NCBI GenBank assembly: GCA_963662315.1 | Contig: OY759353.1 | Span: 2,112,001 to 2,176,000, forward strand | Length of the DNA stretch: 64,000 nt | Direction of reading: 5' to 3' | DNA from: Geopsychrobacteraceae bacterium | Lineage (GTDB): Bacteria > Desulfobacterota > Desulfuromonadia > Desulfuromonadales > Geopsychrobacteraceae | Shown here: piece by piece, positions 9,295 through 19,212 of the stretch | How positions within the stretch are numbered: position 1 is the stretch's first letter | How the letters are laid out: the number at the start of each line of letters is the position of its first letter | Made by a program: the position numbers and the translations under genes | The notes under the pieces: generated by a model | Databases searched by the model: none | The model's input: the letters and a program-made list of their open reading frames with translations, nothing else | What the model was told of the DNA's origin: nothing

Positions 9295-9330
9295 TAGACC
9301 GGTGCGGTCCTTAAGAACCGCACCGGTCTA
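9295..9330. terminator. Perfect 14-bp inverted repeat between the convergent esterase and btsR genes
   Basis: TAGACCGGTGCGGT / ACCGCACCGGTCTA with an 8-nt loop; overlaps the btsR stop codon; no clear U-tract. Confidence 0.6.
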
Positions 9331-10038
9331 TATTCCAACCAATTTCTTGATATTTTTCAAATGCCTGCGACTGACCGGAACCGTGCGCCCGCTGGTGGTT
9401 TTGATATCTGCGCAGCCACTCTCTCCAGGAATGATCTGATCAACCTGATGAATATTGACAAGACACTGACGGTGGCAGCGTAAAAGAGATGTGCGCTCTT
9501 CCAGAACTTTCAGCGTCAGATCAGTATTGAACAATTCTCCCCCGACCAGTAGATGAACACCACTCTGGTCGGTAAAGGCGTACTCGACGTTATCAGGTGC
9601 AATCAGTTTGATATTGCCGCCCTTAATACAGGGAATCCGGGTCAACGGTTCGGTTGTATAGTCAGGAACGATGTGACCGCTCAGGTGCTCCTTCAATTTT
9701 TCAACGGTTTTTTCCAGTCGTTCAAGACGCAGAGGCTTAAGCAAATAATCAAGCGTCTTCTCTTCAAAAGCCCTAACGGCAAATTCATCGTAAGCTGTCA
9801 CGAAAACGACATGAGGCATAATCTCGGCATCGATCATACTGAGCATTTCAAAACCACCGATTACCGGCATCTGAATATCCAGAAAAATCACCTCAGGTCG
9901 CAGCTGGTTGATCAGTTTGACTCCCTCAACCGCATTGCCACACTGTCCGAGCAAATCAAATTGGCCAGTCTGTCCGAGTAACTTTTCCAGTTCCCGCCGG
10001 GCATGGGGCTCATCGTCTATAATGATGGTACGAATCAT
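9328..10038 (-). CDS. btsR: LytTR-family response regulator, BtsR/YehT-like
   Basis: REC domain (DDE, FLDIQMP, FVTAYD, DYLLKP) plus LytTR domain (RCHRQ..VN, PVSRR); overlaps the kinase gene by 4 bp. Confidence 0.88.
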   Translation of the reverse strand: MIRTIIIDDEPHARRELEKLLGQTGQFDLLGQCGNAVEGVKLINQLRPEVIFLDIQMPVIGGFEMLSMIDAEIMPHVVFVTAYDEFAVRAFEEKTLDYLLKPLRLERLEKTVEKLKEHLSGHIVPDYTTEPLTRIPCIKGGNIKLIAPDNVEYAFTDQSGVHLLVGGELFNTDLTLKVLEERTSLLRCHRQCLVNIHQVDQIIPGESGCADIKTTSGRTVPVSRRHLKNIKKLVGI

Positions 10039-11705
10039 AAGCGGACTCCTGCCGGAATGGTGATGCGAATCTGGGTTTGCTTATTGGGCTGGCAATTAAT
10101 GGCCAGCCCGTACTGTTCACCGTAAAGGTTTTTTATCCGTTTATCGACCAGGTTCATCCCCAGACCGCCATCTTCCAGTTTACGACAATAGGTCCCGGCA
10201 TTATCCTGAATATCAATGTGAATAAGTTGAGCTTCTTTGTGGGCTGATACCTCGACAATACCAGTTCCAAAGATATTGGCGATACCGTGCTTGATGGCAT
10301 TTTCAATAATCGGCTGTAGGGTAAAAGTTGGTAATTGCAACCCGGCCAGCTCAGGATCAATGTCTGTTTTTACAACCAGCCGATCCTCAAAGCGGGCACG
10401 CTCAATGGTCAGGTAGGAGTTGACGTGATCGAGTTCCTCCTCAAGGGTAGACAGGTCGTTGGAGCGCTTCAGGTTTTTGCGGAAAAAGTTGGATAGGTGA
10501 AAGAGCAGATCCTTGGCTCGCAGGGCATCCTGTTCGATGATTGAAATAACCGTATTCAGAGTGTTAAACAAAAAATGCGGGTTCACCTGGGCCTGGACCA
10601 GTTTAAGTTCGGACTTGGTCAGCATGCTCTTCTGATCCTCATAGCGCAGGCGTAGCAACTGTTCGGAAAACAGGCTGGCCAACCCTTCCCCCAGGGAGCG
10701 GTTATTTTTCAGGAACAGCTTGGTGCGCAGTTCAAACAGGATAATCGTCCCCAGCACCTCGTCATTGACCATCAGCGGCACCACCAGCGCTGACCCCAGC
10801 GGACAGTTGGAGCTGTGCGGACACTCAAACGGTTCATGAACCCCGTCTGCATAAAATACCTTGCGCTGGCGGATCGCCTCAATCGCATAGCTCGACAGGA
10901 GCGGCTTGCCGTCATGATGATCGGCACCAATCCCGGAAAAGGCCAGAACCTTTTCCCGGTCAGTGATTGAGACAGCACCCACCCCGGTTTCGGCCCGGAT
11001 GATTTCAACCATTTCAGTAGCCGTCTCCTTGTTAAAACCACGGCTGAGAATCCCCAGGGTTTTTTCTGCCACTTTAAGGGCCCGGGCTGAATAGATGGCC
11101 CCGACATTATCGATCATCCGCTTCTGGTCGCGCATAATGCTGATAAACAGAGCCGAACCGATGGAGTTGGCGAGGATCATAGGTAAAGCAATGACCTTGA
11201 CCAGCTCAAGCGCATCGGAAAAAGGCCGGGCCAAGGCAAGGATAATCAGCATTTGCAAACTTTCTGCTATAAAGGTGGCGAGCAGAGCCACTTGCGGATT
11301 AAACACATCCCGCACACCATTTTTACGCATCAGATACAAATAGAACAGACCACCAATCAAGCCTTCTATCGTTGTTGAAACACTACAGGAAAAAGCCGTA
11401 AATCCACCCAAAAAAAACCGGTGCAGGCCCGCAGTAAATCCGACCGATACGCCCAGCATTGGTCCACCGACCAGTCCGGCCAGAACCGCCCCGATCGCCC
11501 GGGTATTGGCAATAGCGTCACTGATCGGCATGCCGAAGTAGGTTCCCATGATCGAGAAGCCGCTGAAGACAAAATAGAGAATAACTTTCTGTCTGCGCCG
11601 TAGGGTTTCACCGGTTAACGCTCGAAAGGCCGGCGACTTGGTAAACAGATAGGCAATGACCATGAAAACCGACATCTGCTGCAATAAGGAAAAAATCAAT
11701 CTCAT
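10035..11705 (-). CDS. btsS: LytS-family sensor histidine kinase, BtsS/YehU-like (5TMR-LYT + GAF + His kinase)
   Basis: ANTRAIGAVLAGLVGGP, QAQVNPHFLFNTLN and QPIIENAIKHG. Likely start is ATG 11705; the ORF extends to 11762. Confidence 0.9.
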   Translation of the reverse strand: MRLIFSLLQQMSVFMVIAYLFTKSPAFRALTGETLRRRQKVILYFVFSGFSIMGTYFGMPISDAIANTRAIGAVLAGLVGGPMLGVSVGFTAGLHRFFLGGFTAFSCSVSTTIEGLIGGLFYLYLMRKNGVRDVFNPQVALLATFIAESLQMLIILALARPFSDALELVKVIALPMILANSIGSALFISIMRDQKRMIDNVGAIYSARALKVAEKTLGILSRGFNKETATEMVEIIRAETGVGAVSITDREKVLAFSGIGADHHDGKPLLSSYAIEAIRQRKVFYADGVHEPFECPHSSNCPLGSALVVPLMVNDEVLGTIILFELRTKLFLKNNRSLGEGLASLFSEQLLRLRYEDQKSMLTKSELKLVQAQVNPHFLFNTLNTVISIIEQDALRAKDLLFHLSNFFRKNLKRSNDLSTLEEELDHVNSYLTIERARFEDRLVVKTDIDPELAGLQLPTFTLQPIIENAIKHGIANIFGTGIVEVSAHKEAQLIHIDIQDNAGTYCRKLEDGGLGMNLVDKRIKNLYGEQYGLAINCQPNKQTQIRITIPAGVRL

Positions 11706-12063
11706 TGATTTGGGTACCCCTGAATAAATTTTAGCAATCGTCGCGATGTCCGGCAGATTCAATGTGCGAGAGGATCCACCGTACTCTGTCTTTGAGCTTT
11801 TAACAAAGCGGGTATCAACATGCTGTAATTTAATGAAGATAATATGCTATTGTTTGCACAGCAGTTAAAGTCCACGGATATATGTATCGGAGTCCCCCGA
11901 GTATACTGCAATGTCTGTCAATGTGAACCATTGTCTTTACCTGTTACAAGCTGAGCTGTTTTTAAATGAGAATACGTAGGTTTATTTTACCCTGAATTGG
12001 CGAACCAGTATTTACCAGAGCAAACGCTTCTCCATGCCTTCAGGTCCATGAAAGGAACAAACG

Positions 12064-13596
12064 ATGTCGTTCATGAAGCACTGGCTATCCGCAACTCTGT
12101 TCGTTGTATCCCTGTTGGTTGGTTGCACCAGTCCGAATCTTAAAGTCCCCCCTGTCGCTATCTCAGATAATCCCAGCAGCAAAATCTTTGAGTTGGAAGA
12201 AACGCTGGCGGCCGGCCGCATTGATCAGGTCAATGTCTTGTCACCAACCTGGTACGGCAAAGCGGAATCATCCCTAGATAAAGCGCGTTACGGACTGGCT
12301 TACGGCGATTCCGTCAATGATATTTTAACCAACGTTGCTTATGGCCATGCCTACTTCGGCAAGGCGCAGGAATATGCAGTAATCGCCCGCTCCACCATAC
12401 CTGAAGCCATCAAGGCACGAACCCTGGCCAGCGCCGCCGGAGCGGCCTCCTTCGATCAGGATTTCCAGGAGATGGAAAACCAGTTTATCAGCCTGACCAT
12501 GGATATTGAGAATAACAATCTCAACCGGGCTGAGAAATATGAAACCAGGGTCGCCCAAGGGTACGCCGATCTGGAATTACGTGCCATCAAGGAAAAAACC
12601 TTGGGAGAAGTCCGCTCTTTGCTGACAGCCGCCGAGAAGGAAGGCGCGACCCGGCTGGCGCCGAAGACCCAGGCGGTGGCACAGAACACACTGGATGAAG
12701 CCGATCAGTTCATCACCGAACAGCGCTATGAAAGTGAAAAAATGCAACAGAAAGCCAATCAGGCACTGTTTCAGGCCCAGCGTTTGGGGCAGATCATGGC
12801 GCTGAGCCAGAAACTTGGTTTAATGAGCAGTGAGGATATCGCCCTCTGGAGTGAAGCTCGTCTGCATCAGATTACTACGCGTCTCGGGGCCCGTGATCTG
12901 CGCAATGAATCAACCGGCTTACAGCTGCAGAATGTTATCGAATCAATTGCGGCACTGAAAGACGATAACCACTCATTAGCCTCCATGAGACAACAGGACG
13001 CAGCAACCTACACGGATAAAATTGCCGAACTTCAGGAGCAGATTGAAGAGCGCAATAAGCAGATTGCAGCCCTGGAAGGAAAGAGCAAAGCAGCCCAGAA
13101 AGAACGCGAGCTGATTGCTCAGCAGGAGCAGGAAACCAAGTCCAGACTCGAAGCCGAACGACGTTTTCAGCAATTATTTGTCGAGGTTCAAGGCATGTTC
13201 AGTAAAGATCAGGCCGAGGTCTACAAGCAGGCTGACAATCTGGTTATTCGCCTGAAAGCAATGAAATTCCCGGTCGGCAAGGATATTATCATGCCGACCA
13301 ACTATGCCCTGCTCAGCCAGGTACGTAAAGCGATCAGAACCTTTGGAGAACCCGCAGTGGTTATTGAAGGACATACGGACAGTACCGGTTCAGTGGCAAT
13401 CAATTCACAATTGTCCAAGAACCGGGCAGAATCGGTCAGGCAATACTTTATTGCCAGTGGCAGCCTGGGCGAAAACCAAGTCACTTCTATCGGCTACGGT
13501 TCGGAACGCCCCCTGGTCCCTAATGACACTCCAGAGCACCGGGCCGTCAATCGGCGTATTGATGTTGTGATTAAAACGGAAAAGAAAGTTGACTGA
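12064..13596 (+). CDS. OmpA-family lipoprotein with long helical/coiled-coil region
   Basis: Lipobox LLVGC; C-terminal EGHTDSTG..N..LS..RAESV..GYG..RP..N..NRRI. Confidence 0.88.
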   Translation: MSFMKHWLSATLFVVSLLVGCTSPNLKVPPVAISDNPSSKIFELEETLAAGRIDQVNVLSPTWYGKAESSLDKARYGLAYGDSVNDILTNVAYGHAYFGKAQEYAVIARSTIPEAIKARTLASAAGAASFDQDFQEMENQFISLTMDIENNNLNRAEKYETRVAQGYADLELRAIKEKTLGEVRSLLTAAEKEGATRLAPKTQAVAQNTLDEADQFITEQRYESEKMQQKANQALFQAQRLGQIMALSQKLGLMSSEDIALWSEARLHQITTRLGARDLRNESTGLQLQNVIESIAALKDDNHSLASMRQQDAATYTDKIAELQEQIEERNKQIAALEGKSKAAQKERELIAQQEQETKSRLEAERRFQQLFVEVQGMFSKDQAEVYKQADNLVIRLKAMKFPVGKDIIMPTNYALLSQVRKAIRTFGEPAVVIEGHTDSTGSVAINSQLSKNRAESVRQYFIASGSLGENQVTSIGYGSERPLVPNDTPEHRAVNRRIDVVIKTEKKVD

Positions 13597-13682
13597 TTGT
13601 TTCTACGTGACAACGGAAGGAAAAAGGCCGCTCCGGTACGGGCGGCCTTAAATTTCAGAGCTCTGTAACAGGGGATTTACAG

Positions 13683-14648
13683 GTGACAGAATTGAACATC
13701 GCTGATCAGAAAACCAAACAACGCACGATAAGGCCACTAACGTTTCGGTTTCTGCTGCCGCTGGCCATCGTCTTATTGATACTGATGCCAGTCACGCTTC
13801 GCGCCGAAATTTATCGCTGGAAAGACAGCAATGGGCGCCTGCATTTTTCCGATTCTCTGCAGCAGGTTCCGGAGCAGTTCCGCCCCAAAAGTGAGTGGCA
13901 ACAGAACTCTACAGAGATTAATGTCATCAGCAAACCAAAGAGGGACGCTTCCGCTCCAGCCACCACATCACCACCCACCTCTAAAGAGCAACAGCAGACG
14001 CTGAAAATTCCTTATGTCGATCGCGAAGGTTCAGCCAGCCGGGTTATTGTCAATATTCGCTTCAACAACCAGGTCACAGCGCCCATTCTGGTAGATACCG
14101 GCTCACCAGGATTGATCCTCGATGCCAGTCTGGCCCGACGTCTTGGTCTGCTTAACGCTGAAACCAATAACCTGTTGGTCTTAATCGGCGGTATCGGCGG
14201 CACCCAGATCGCGGCGCGAACCATTGTTGAAGAAGTCAGCGTTGGCCCAATCAAAGAAAATGTGATCCCCGCCCATATTATTGAGGATCACTCCGAAGCC
14301 TATCACGGTCTTATCGGTATGGATATTCTGGCCGGTTACTCATTGACCATCGACACGGCCAACAAGTGCCTGGTCGCCACCAAACAGCCCCCGTCTGACC
14401 TGCGCCCCGGCGGCCATGACCAGCGCTGGTGGCAACGTAATTTTCACGAACTGCTTAGCTACATTAATTTCTGGGAACAACAGGTCGATCTGCTCGACAG
14501 TGGCGACCCGCGCTATTCCCGTTTAAGCAGCCAGTTCAAAGATATCAAAAAATTCATGTCCACCCAATTGTCGGAGTCGCAACGCCTTTACCAACGACTG
14601 GACCGCCATGCCCGCTCACAAAGAGTCCCCCGTCATTGGCGCAAATAG
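13683..14648 (+). CDS. DUF4124 domain + retropepsin-like aspartyl protease
   Basis: Signal-like hydrophobic stretch, then IYRWKDSNGRLHFSD (DUF4124), ILVDTGS and GLIGMD. Confidence 0.8.
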   Translation: MTELNIADQKTKQRTIRPLTFRFLLPLAIVLLILMPVTLRAEIYRWKDSNGRLHFSDSLQQVPEQFRPKSEWQQNSTEINVISKPKRDASAPATTSPPTSKEQQQTLKIPYVDREGSASRVIVNIRFNNQVTAPILVDTGSPGLILDASLARRLGLLNAETNNLLVLIGGIGGTQIAARTIVEEVSVGPIKENVIPAHIIEDHSEAYHGLIGMDILAGYSLTIDTANKCLVATKQPPSDLRPGGHDQRWWQRNFHELLSYINFWEQQVDLLDSGDPRYSRLSSQFKDIKKFMSTQLSESQRLYQRLDRHARSQRVPRHWRK

Positions 14649-14729
14649 AAGGCACTAAGATAACAAGGCATCAGACCGGCGGCCGGAAGCCGTTTTTTCG
14701 GTTTCCGGCGCAGGCAATAATTTATTGTT

Positions 14730-14933
14730 TCAGGACGATACCTTTTGACGTTTTAAAGATAAGCGGTAGCACAAAATTCCGCCGCCCATGGTCGCTCCAA
14801 TAATAAAAGGCATGCTATAAAGCAAAGCGGCAAAGAAGTTGACGTGGAATTCGATCAGCAAGAGCGTGATCAATGCGGATCCGGCAAAAATCGCTCCCAT
14901 GAAAACCCAGATCAAACAAGCTTTTTCATTCAT
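14730..14933 (-). CDS. Small 2-TM membrane protein
   Basis: AAGGAGG RBS; two hydrophobic helices; basic tail. Confidence 0.7.
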   Translation of the reverse strand: MNEKACLIWVFMGAIFAGSALITLLLIEFHVNFFAALLYSMPFIIGATMGGGILCYRLSLKRQKVSS

Positions 14934-15200
14934 ATCATCCTCCTTAAATGAATGTGTTGTACAGCCCTGGTCTGCGTAAATACCCCCCCTGTATTAAATA
15001 TAACAATGTTATAATAACATATATTTTCCCATTCCATAGCATTTTAATAAAATTTCACATCACTCATTTAATATCGAAATTATAAAGTTTTACCATTTTT
15101 CCCACTTAATAATTTGATGTTTTACAGAAAAAAATAGCGTTCTACTATTTTCTTAAAGCCTTCATCCTCTGGTGCTGTTAAAATTGTTCTCGATAGGTAT

Positions 15201-16286
15201 TTGAAGAACGTGAAGGTTACATATCAAGTGTTGGTCAGAAAATATAAATTCACATTTTTCTCACTGCTGGTGCTCACCCTGCTGATCACTCTTTCCGGAT
15301 GTGGCGATCTGGGTTACTACCTGCAGTGTGCATCCGGGCAGTTTGAACTGATTCAGCGGGCCACCCCCATTGCAACCCTGCTTGATGACCCGCACCTGGA
15401 TCCAGCAATCCGTAGTCGGCTGAAGCGGGCACAGGAGATAAGAAACTTTGCCAGTCGTGAGCTGCTGCTGCCTGACAATGACAGTTATCGCAGCTACGCT
15501 GACATCGAACGCCCTTACGTCGTATGGAATGTTGTGGCTTCTGACGAGTTTTCCCTTCAACCTCAGCAGTGGTGCTTTCCGATAGCGGGCTGCGTTTCTT
15601 ATCGCGGTTATTTCAAGCAGACCGATGCCGAAGCGCTGGGCACCGCTTTACAAGCTGACAGCAAAGATGTTGACGTCTATGGCGTACAGGCCTATTCAAC
15701 CCTGAACTGGTTTTCCGATCCGCTTCTAAATACTTTTATCAACAGCGCGGAGACCAGACTTGCCGGACTGATCTTCCATGAACTGGCCCATCAGCTCATT
15801 TATGTCAAAGGAGACAGTTCCTTTAACGAAGCCTTTGCCCAGGCCATTCAGCAGGAAGGGGTTAAACGCTGGTTACAGCAAGAGCAGGATCAGCAAACCT
15901 GGGATGCCTACCAACAAGGACTGAAGCAACAGAGAATCTTTCATCAGCTGCTCTTTAACACCCGTAATCAACTGCAGGCGCTCTATGATCAACCTAGTCT
16001 GCAGAATATTGAACGACGCCGGAAGAAGCAGCTGATTTTAGAAGCGGCACAAGCACGCTTTGCAGACCTGAGAGACGCAGGAATTCTGGATAAACGATTT
16101 GACCGCTGGATGGCCAGGGGACTGAACAATGCTCGACTCGCCTCCCTGGCAACCTACTATGACCTGCTTCCCGGCCTTCAACGTCTGATCGCCAGTTGCC
16201 CGGATCTGAATAGCTTTTACCAGCAGGTCGAGATCCTTAGCCAAAAACCCAAAAAACAACGCCACCTTGCTTTGCTGCCCCCGTAA
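15201..16286 (+). CDS. Putative zinc aminopeptidase lipoprotein
   Basis: Lipobox LSGC, WCFPIAGCVSYRGYF, AYSTLNWFSDP, HELAH...FNEAFA. Start uncertain. Confidence 0.85.
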   Translation: MKNVKVTYQVLVRKYKFTFFSLLVLTLLITLSGCGDLGYYLQCASGQFELIQRATPIATLLDDPHLDPAIRSRLKRAQEIRNFASRELLLPDNDSYRSYADIERPYVVWNVVASDEFSLQPQQWCFPIAGCVSYRGYFKQTDAEALGTALQADSKDVDVYGVQAYSTLNWFSDPLLNTFINSAETRLAGLIFHELAHQLIYVKGDSSFNEAFAQAIQQEGVKRWLQQEQDQQTWDAYQQGLKQQRIFHQLLFNTRNQLQALYDQPSLQNIERRRKKQLILEAAQARFADLRDAGILDKRFDRWMARGLNNARLASLATYYDLLPGLQRLIASCPDLNSFYQQVEILSQKPKKQRHLALLPP

Positions 16287-16380
16287 CGCCCGGAAGCATG
16301 CCAAAACCTGACTTTTTTATTTATCAGCCATTGACATTCTTTAGCTTTTTGCTATCCATCTAAGCATAACCTACCATTTT

Positions 16381-18045
16381 ATGTATCAGTCTGTTGCCAT
16401 CCGGAACCTCTCCAAAGCAGCCGGAGTCACTATGCAACATAAGATCAATCGATCTCTTTACAACTTTATCGTGACTTTTGCGCTGCTCAGCTGTTCTCTG
16501 GCCGTCATTCTGTCAACCGCCTATCGTTATAACGTTCATCAAAAAAAAACGGCCCTGCTGGAAGAAGAGAAGCATACCCTGGAAATTCTTCATGCGCTGA
16601 GCATAAGTCACTTTTCGGAACTGCACTCCGATATCCACCTGCTCGGGAGCTTGCCCTTTCCTATTGATTCAAACAGCAGTCTCAGCATTCAAGAAGAGCT
16701 GTCTCAAAAGTTTGCCAAAAGCAAAAGAATTTACGATCAGGTTCGCTATATCGACTTGCAGGGGCAGGAAAGAATCCGTGTCATTTACCGTGACCATCAT
16801 GCTCAGCTGGTTGCTACCGGACAGCTCAAGAACCAATCTACGCGTATTTTTGTTCAAGAAGGCATGAAACTGCCGGTCGGAACCATTTATATCTCCCCCA
16901 TGGATTTAAATGTTGAGAACGATGCTGTAGACATTCCCTACAAGCCGATGCTGCGCATGGTCACGCCGGTAACAGACAGGCAGGGCAAGAGAAGCGGTAT
17001 CGTTGTTCTGAACTATCAGGCAGACCGTTACTTACAGGAAATTGAATCCTCGCAAGACTTCTGTTACGGCGAACTTCACCTGCTGAATCAGAACGGCCAA
17101 TATCTACTGCACCCCCTGCACAACAAGCGCTGGAGCTTTATGTTTCCCGATCGGGCAGTTGAAGGGATCTTCAAAGATGCCCCAGAGGTCTGGAACAACA
17201 TGTTCTTCGGCGATAAAAACCAGCTTGAGACAGGACAGGGCGTTTACACCTATATCCGCGTTGTCCCTTTTGGTCATGATCCCGGCAGTATTGATCAGCC
17301 CCTGATAGAACAGAAACATTTCTGGATTCTATACTCCCTGATTACAGCAGAAAAACTGAAGCAGGCCACCACCTTTTCAACGAAAAGCCTGACCATCGCC
17401 GTACTGGCCATGATTTTTATTGTGACCCTGATCAGTCTGCAGACCGCTTTTGTCCTGAATCGCAAACTCTATTACCGAGCGCGTCTCCAAGAACTGGCCC
17501 ACTACGATGCATTGACCGGACTGGTCAACCGTATATTGCTGAGAGAACACATTCAGAGCGCACTTTTCAATATGCAGCGCTATGGCCACCATGGTGCCTT
17601 ATTGTTTCTGGATCTGGATGGCTTCAAACCGGTCAACGATAATTTTGGTCATGCTACGGGAGATGAATTACTTAAAGCAGTGGCACGACGCCTAAAATCT
17701 TTGTGTCGAGCAACAGATAGCGTAGCAAGGGTTGGTGGTGATGAATTCATCATCCTGCTCCCTCATGTTGATGGTCCCAAAGGAGCCAAAGCCCTAGCCC
17801 AGAAAATCATCCAGCAGCTGAACATTCCCTTTACCATCAGGCAGCATCGGATAGCGATCAGCACCAGTATTGGCATCAGTATGATGTCCCATAAAACCAT
17901 GAATATTGAAGAACTAATCTCCTCGGCCGACAAAGCCATGTACGAAGCCAAGCAAGGGGGCAAAAACACCTACAGATTCAGTGGCAAAGACAGGATTCCA
18001 GCCCGCTCAAATGTAATAAGTATCCACAAAACAGACCATACATAA
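16381..18045 (+). CDS. Membrane diguanylate cyclase with periplasmic Cache-type sensor
   Basis: Two TMs; YDQVRYID and ISPMDLNVE; DALTGL.NR, DLDGFKPVND, RxxD I-site and intact GGDEF. Start may be 16432. Confidence 0.9.
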   Translation: MYQSVAIRNLSKAAGVTMQHKINRSLYNFIVTFALLSCSLAVILSTAYRYNVHQKKTALLEEEKHTLEILHALSISHFSELHSDIHLLGSLPFPIDSNSSLSIQEELSQKFAKSKRIYDQVRYIDLQGQERIRVIYRDHHAQLVATGQLKNQSTRIFVQEGMKLPVGTIYISPMDLNVENDAVDIPYKPMLRMVTPVTDRQGKRSGIVVLNYQADRYLQEIESSQDFCYGELHLLNQNGQYLLHPLHNKRWSFMFPDRAVEGIFKDAPEVWNNMFFGDKNQLETGQGVYTYIRVVPFGHDPGSIDQPLIEQKHFWILYSLITAEKLKQATTFSTKSLTIAVLAMIFIVTLISLQTAFVLNRKLYYRARLQELAHYDALTGLVNRILLREHIQSALFNMQRYGHHGALLFLDLDGFKPVNDNFGHATGDELLKAVARRLKSLCRATDSVARVGGDEFIILLPHVDGPKGAKALAQKIIQQLNIPFTIRQHRIAISTSIGISMMSHKTMNIEELISSADKAMYEAKQGGKNTYRFSGKDRIPARSNVISIHKTDHT

Positions 18046-18161
18046 GATATCACTCCCAATTGTCAAACCCAGCAAACAGCATGAATGATTTCTTCATTTA
18101 AATGCGACATTCCCTTAATAAAGACTGGAAAGAAAAACGAAATCTTGCTAGCCTGAGAATA

Positions 18162-18306
18162 TCTATTCTCAGGGCGGGGTGAAATTCCCCACCGGCGGTA
18201 ACTCATTCTTGAGAAGCCCGCGAGCGCCGTTGTCATAGGGACAAGGGGACAGCAGATCTGGTGTGATTCCAGAGCCGACGGTTATAGTCCGGATGAAAGA
18301 GGATAT
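18162..18306 (+). ncRNA. FMN riboswitch (RFN element)
   Basis: CAGGGCGGGGTGAAATTCCCCACCGGCGGT...GCCCGCGAGC...GCAGATCTGGTG..ATTCCAGAGCCGACGGTTATAGTCCGGATGAAAGAG upstream of ribB. The downstream CGCCCTGA is complementary to the aptamer 5' end. Confidence 0.96.
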
Positions 18307-18385
18307 GACAGACTTCAATCTCTACTATTGGATTGTCTCCTGCCTATCGCTACGCCCTGATTCATGTTTTTTTAGGAGTTGATCC

Positions 18386-19045
18386 ATGAATCAGACCATT
18401 CACCACCTTTTTGGTTCACCTGAACAACGTGTCGAACGGGCCCTTGCTGCATTGCGTCATGGCCGCGGTATTATTGTCACCGATGATGAAGACCGCGAAA
18501 ATGAAGGCGACATTATTTATGCCGCAGAATCAATAACCAAAGAGCAGATGGCTTTGCTGATCCGCGAATGCAGCGGCATCGTCTGCCTGTGTCTCACCGA
18601 AGATAAAATTGCTCAGTTGCAACTGCCAATGATGGTTGAAGACAACAAAAGCCAATACGGAACGGCCTTCACCATAACTATTGAAGCAGCCCAAGGGGTG
18701 ACCACCGGCGTATCGGCTGCCGACCGGGTGACGACTATTCAGGCGGCTATTGCTGATGACGCAACCACGGCCAGCCTGCACAGTCCGGGACATGTCTTCC
18801 CCCTGCGAGCCCGCAACGGAGGAGTTCTAGAACGCCGTGGCCACACCGAAGCAACCGTTGACATGATGCGCTTGGCCGGGCTCAAACCCTGTGGTGTTTT
18901 GTGTGAGGTAACCCTGCCCAACGGTGACATGGCACGCATGCCGGACCTGATTAAATTTGCTGCGGCCCACTACATGCCGCTGGTCACCATTGAGGATATC
19001 GTCCAATACCGTCAAGCTCAGCAAGACCAGAAAAAAGCCGTCTAA
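18386..19045 (+). CDS. ribB: 3,4-dihydroxy-2-butanone-4-phosphate synthase
   Basis: [26 protein letters not shown] and RRGHTEA; preceded by the FMN riboswitch. Confidence 0.96.
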   Translation: MNQTIHHLFGSPEQRVERALAALRHGRGIIVTDDEDRENEGDIIYAAESITKEQMALLIRECSGIVCLCLTEDKIAQLQLPMMVEDNKSQYGTAFTITIEAAQGVTTGVSAADRVTTIQAAIADDATTASLHSPGHVFPLRARNGGVLERRGHTEATVDMMRLAGLKPCGVLCEVTLPNGDMARMPDLIKFAAAHYMPLVTIEDIVQYRQAQQDQKKAV

Positions 19046-19067
19046 GCTCTACAATCTACCTGCGGTC

Positions 19068-19099
19068 AACAACAAGGTATCAGTCGATACCTTGTTGTT
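19068..19099 (+). terminator. Hairpin after ribB
   Basis: AACAACAAGGTATC / GATACCTTGTTGTT with a 4-nt loop. Confidence 0.65.
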
Positions 19100-19212
19100 C
19101 GCCTAAATAGCTTACCATTATTGTAATATTTTGCCTTTCACGCTAAGATAACCTCCTGAACCAAGAGAAATCATCTTCATTGACTGAATTTATTTTCTGA
19201 CAGGTTACCAAT

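Noticed and set aside
15004..15022. Zur box
   Set aside because: ATGTTAT/ATAACAT arms resemble Zur sites, but the spacing is 2 nt short of the consensus and no zinc-uptake gene is adjacent.
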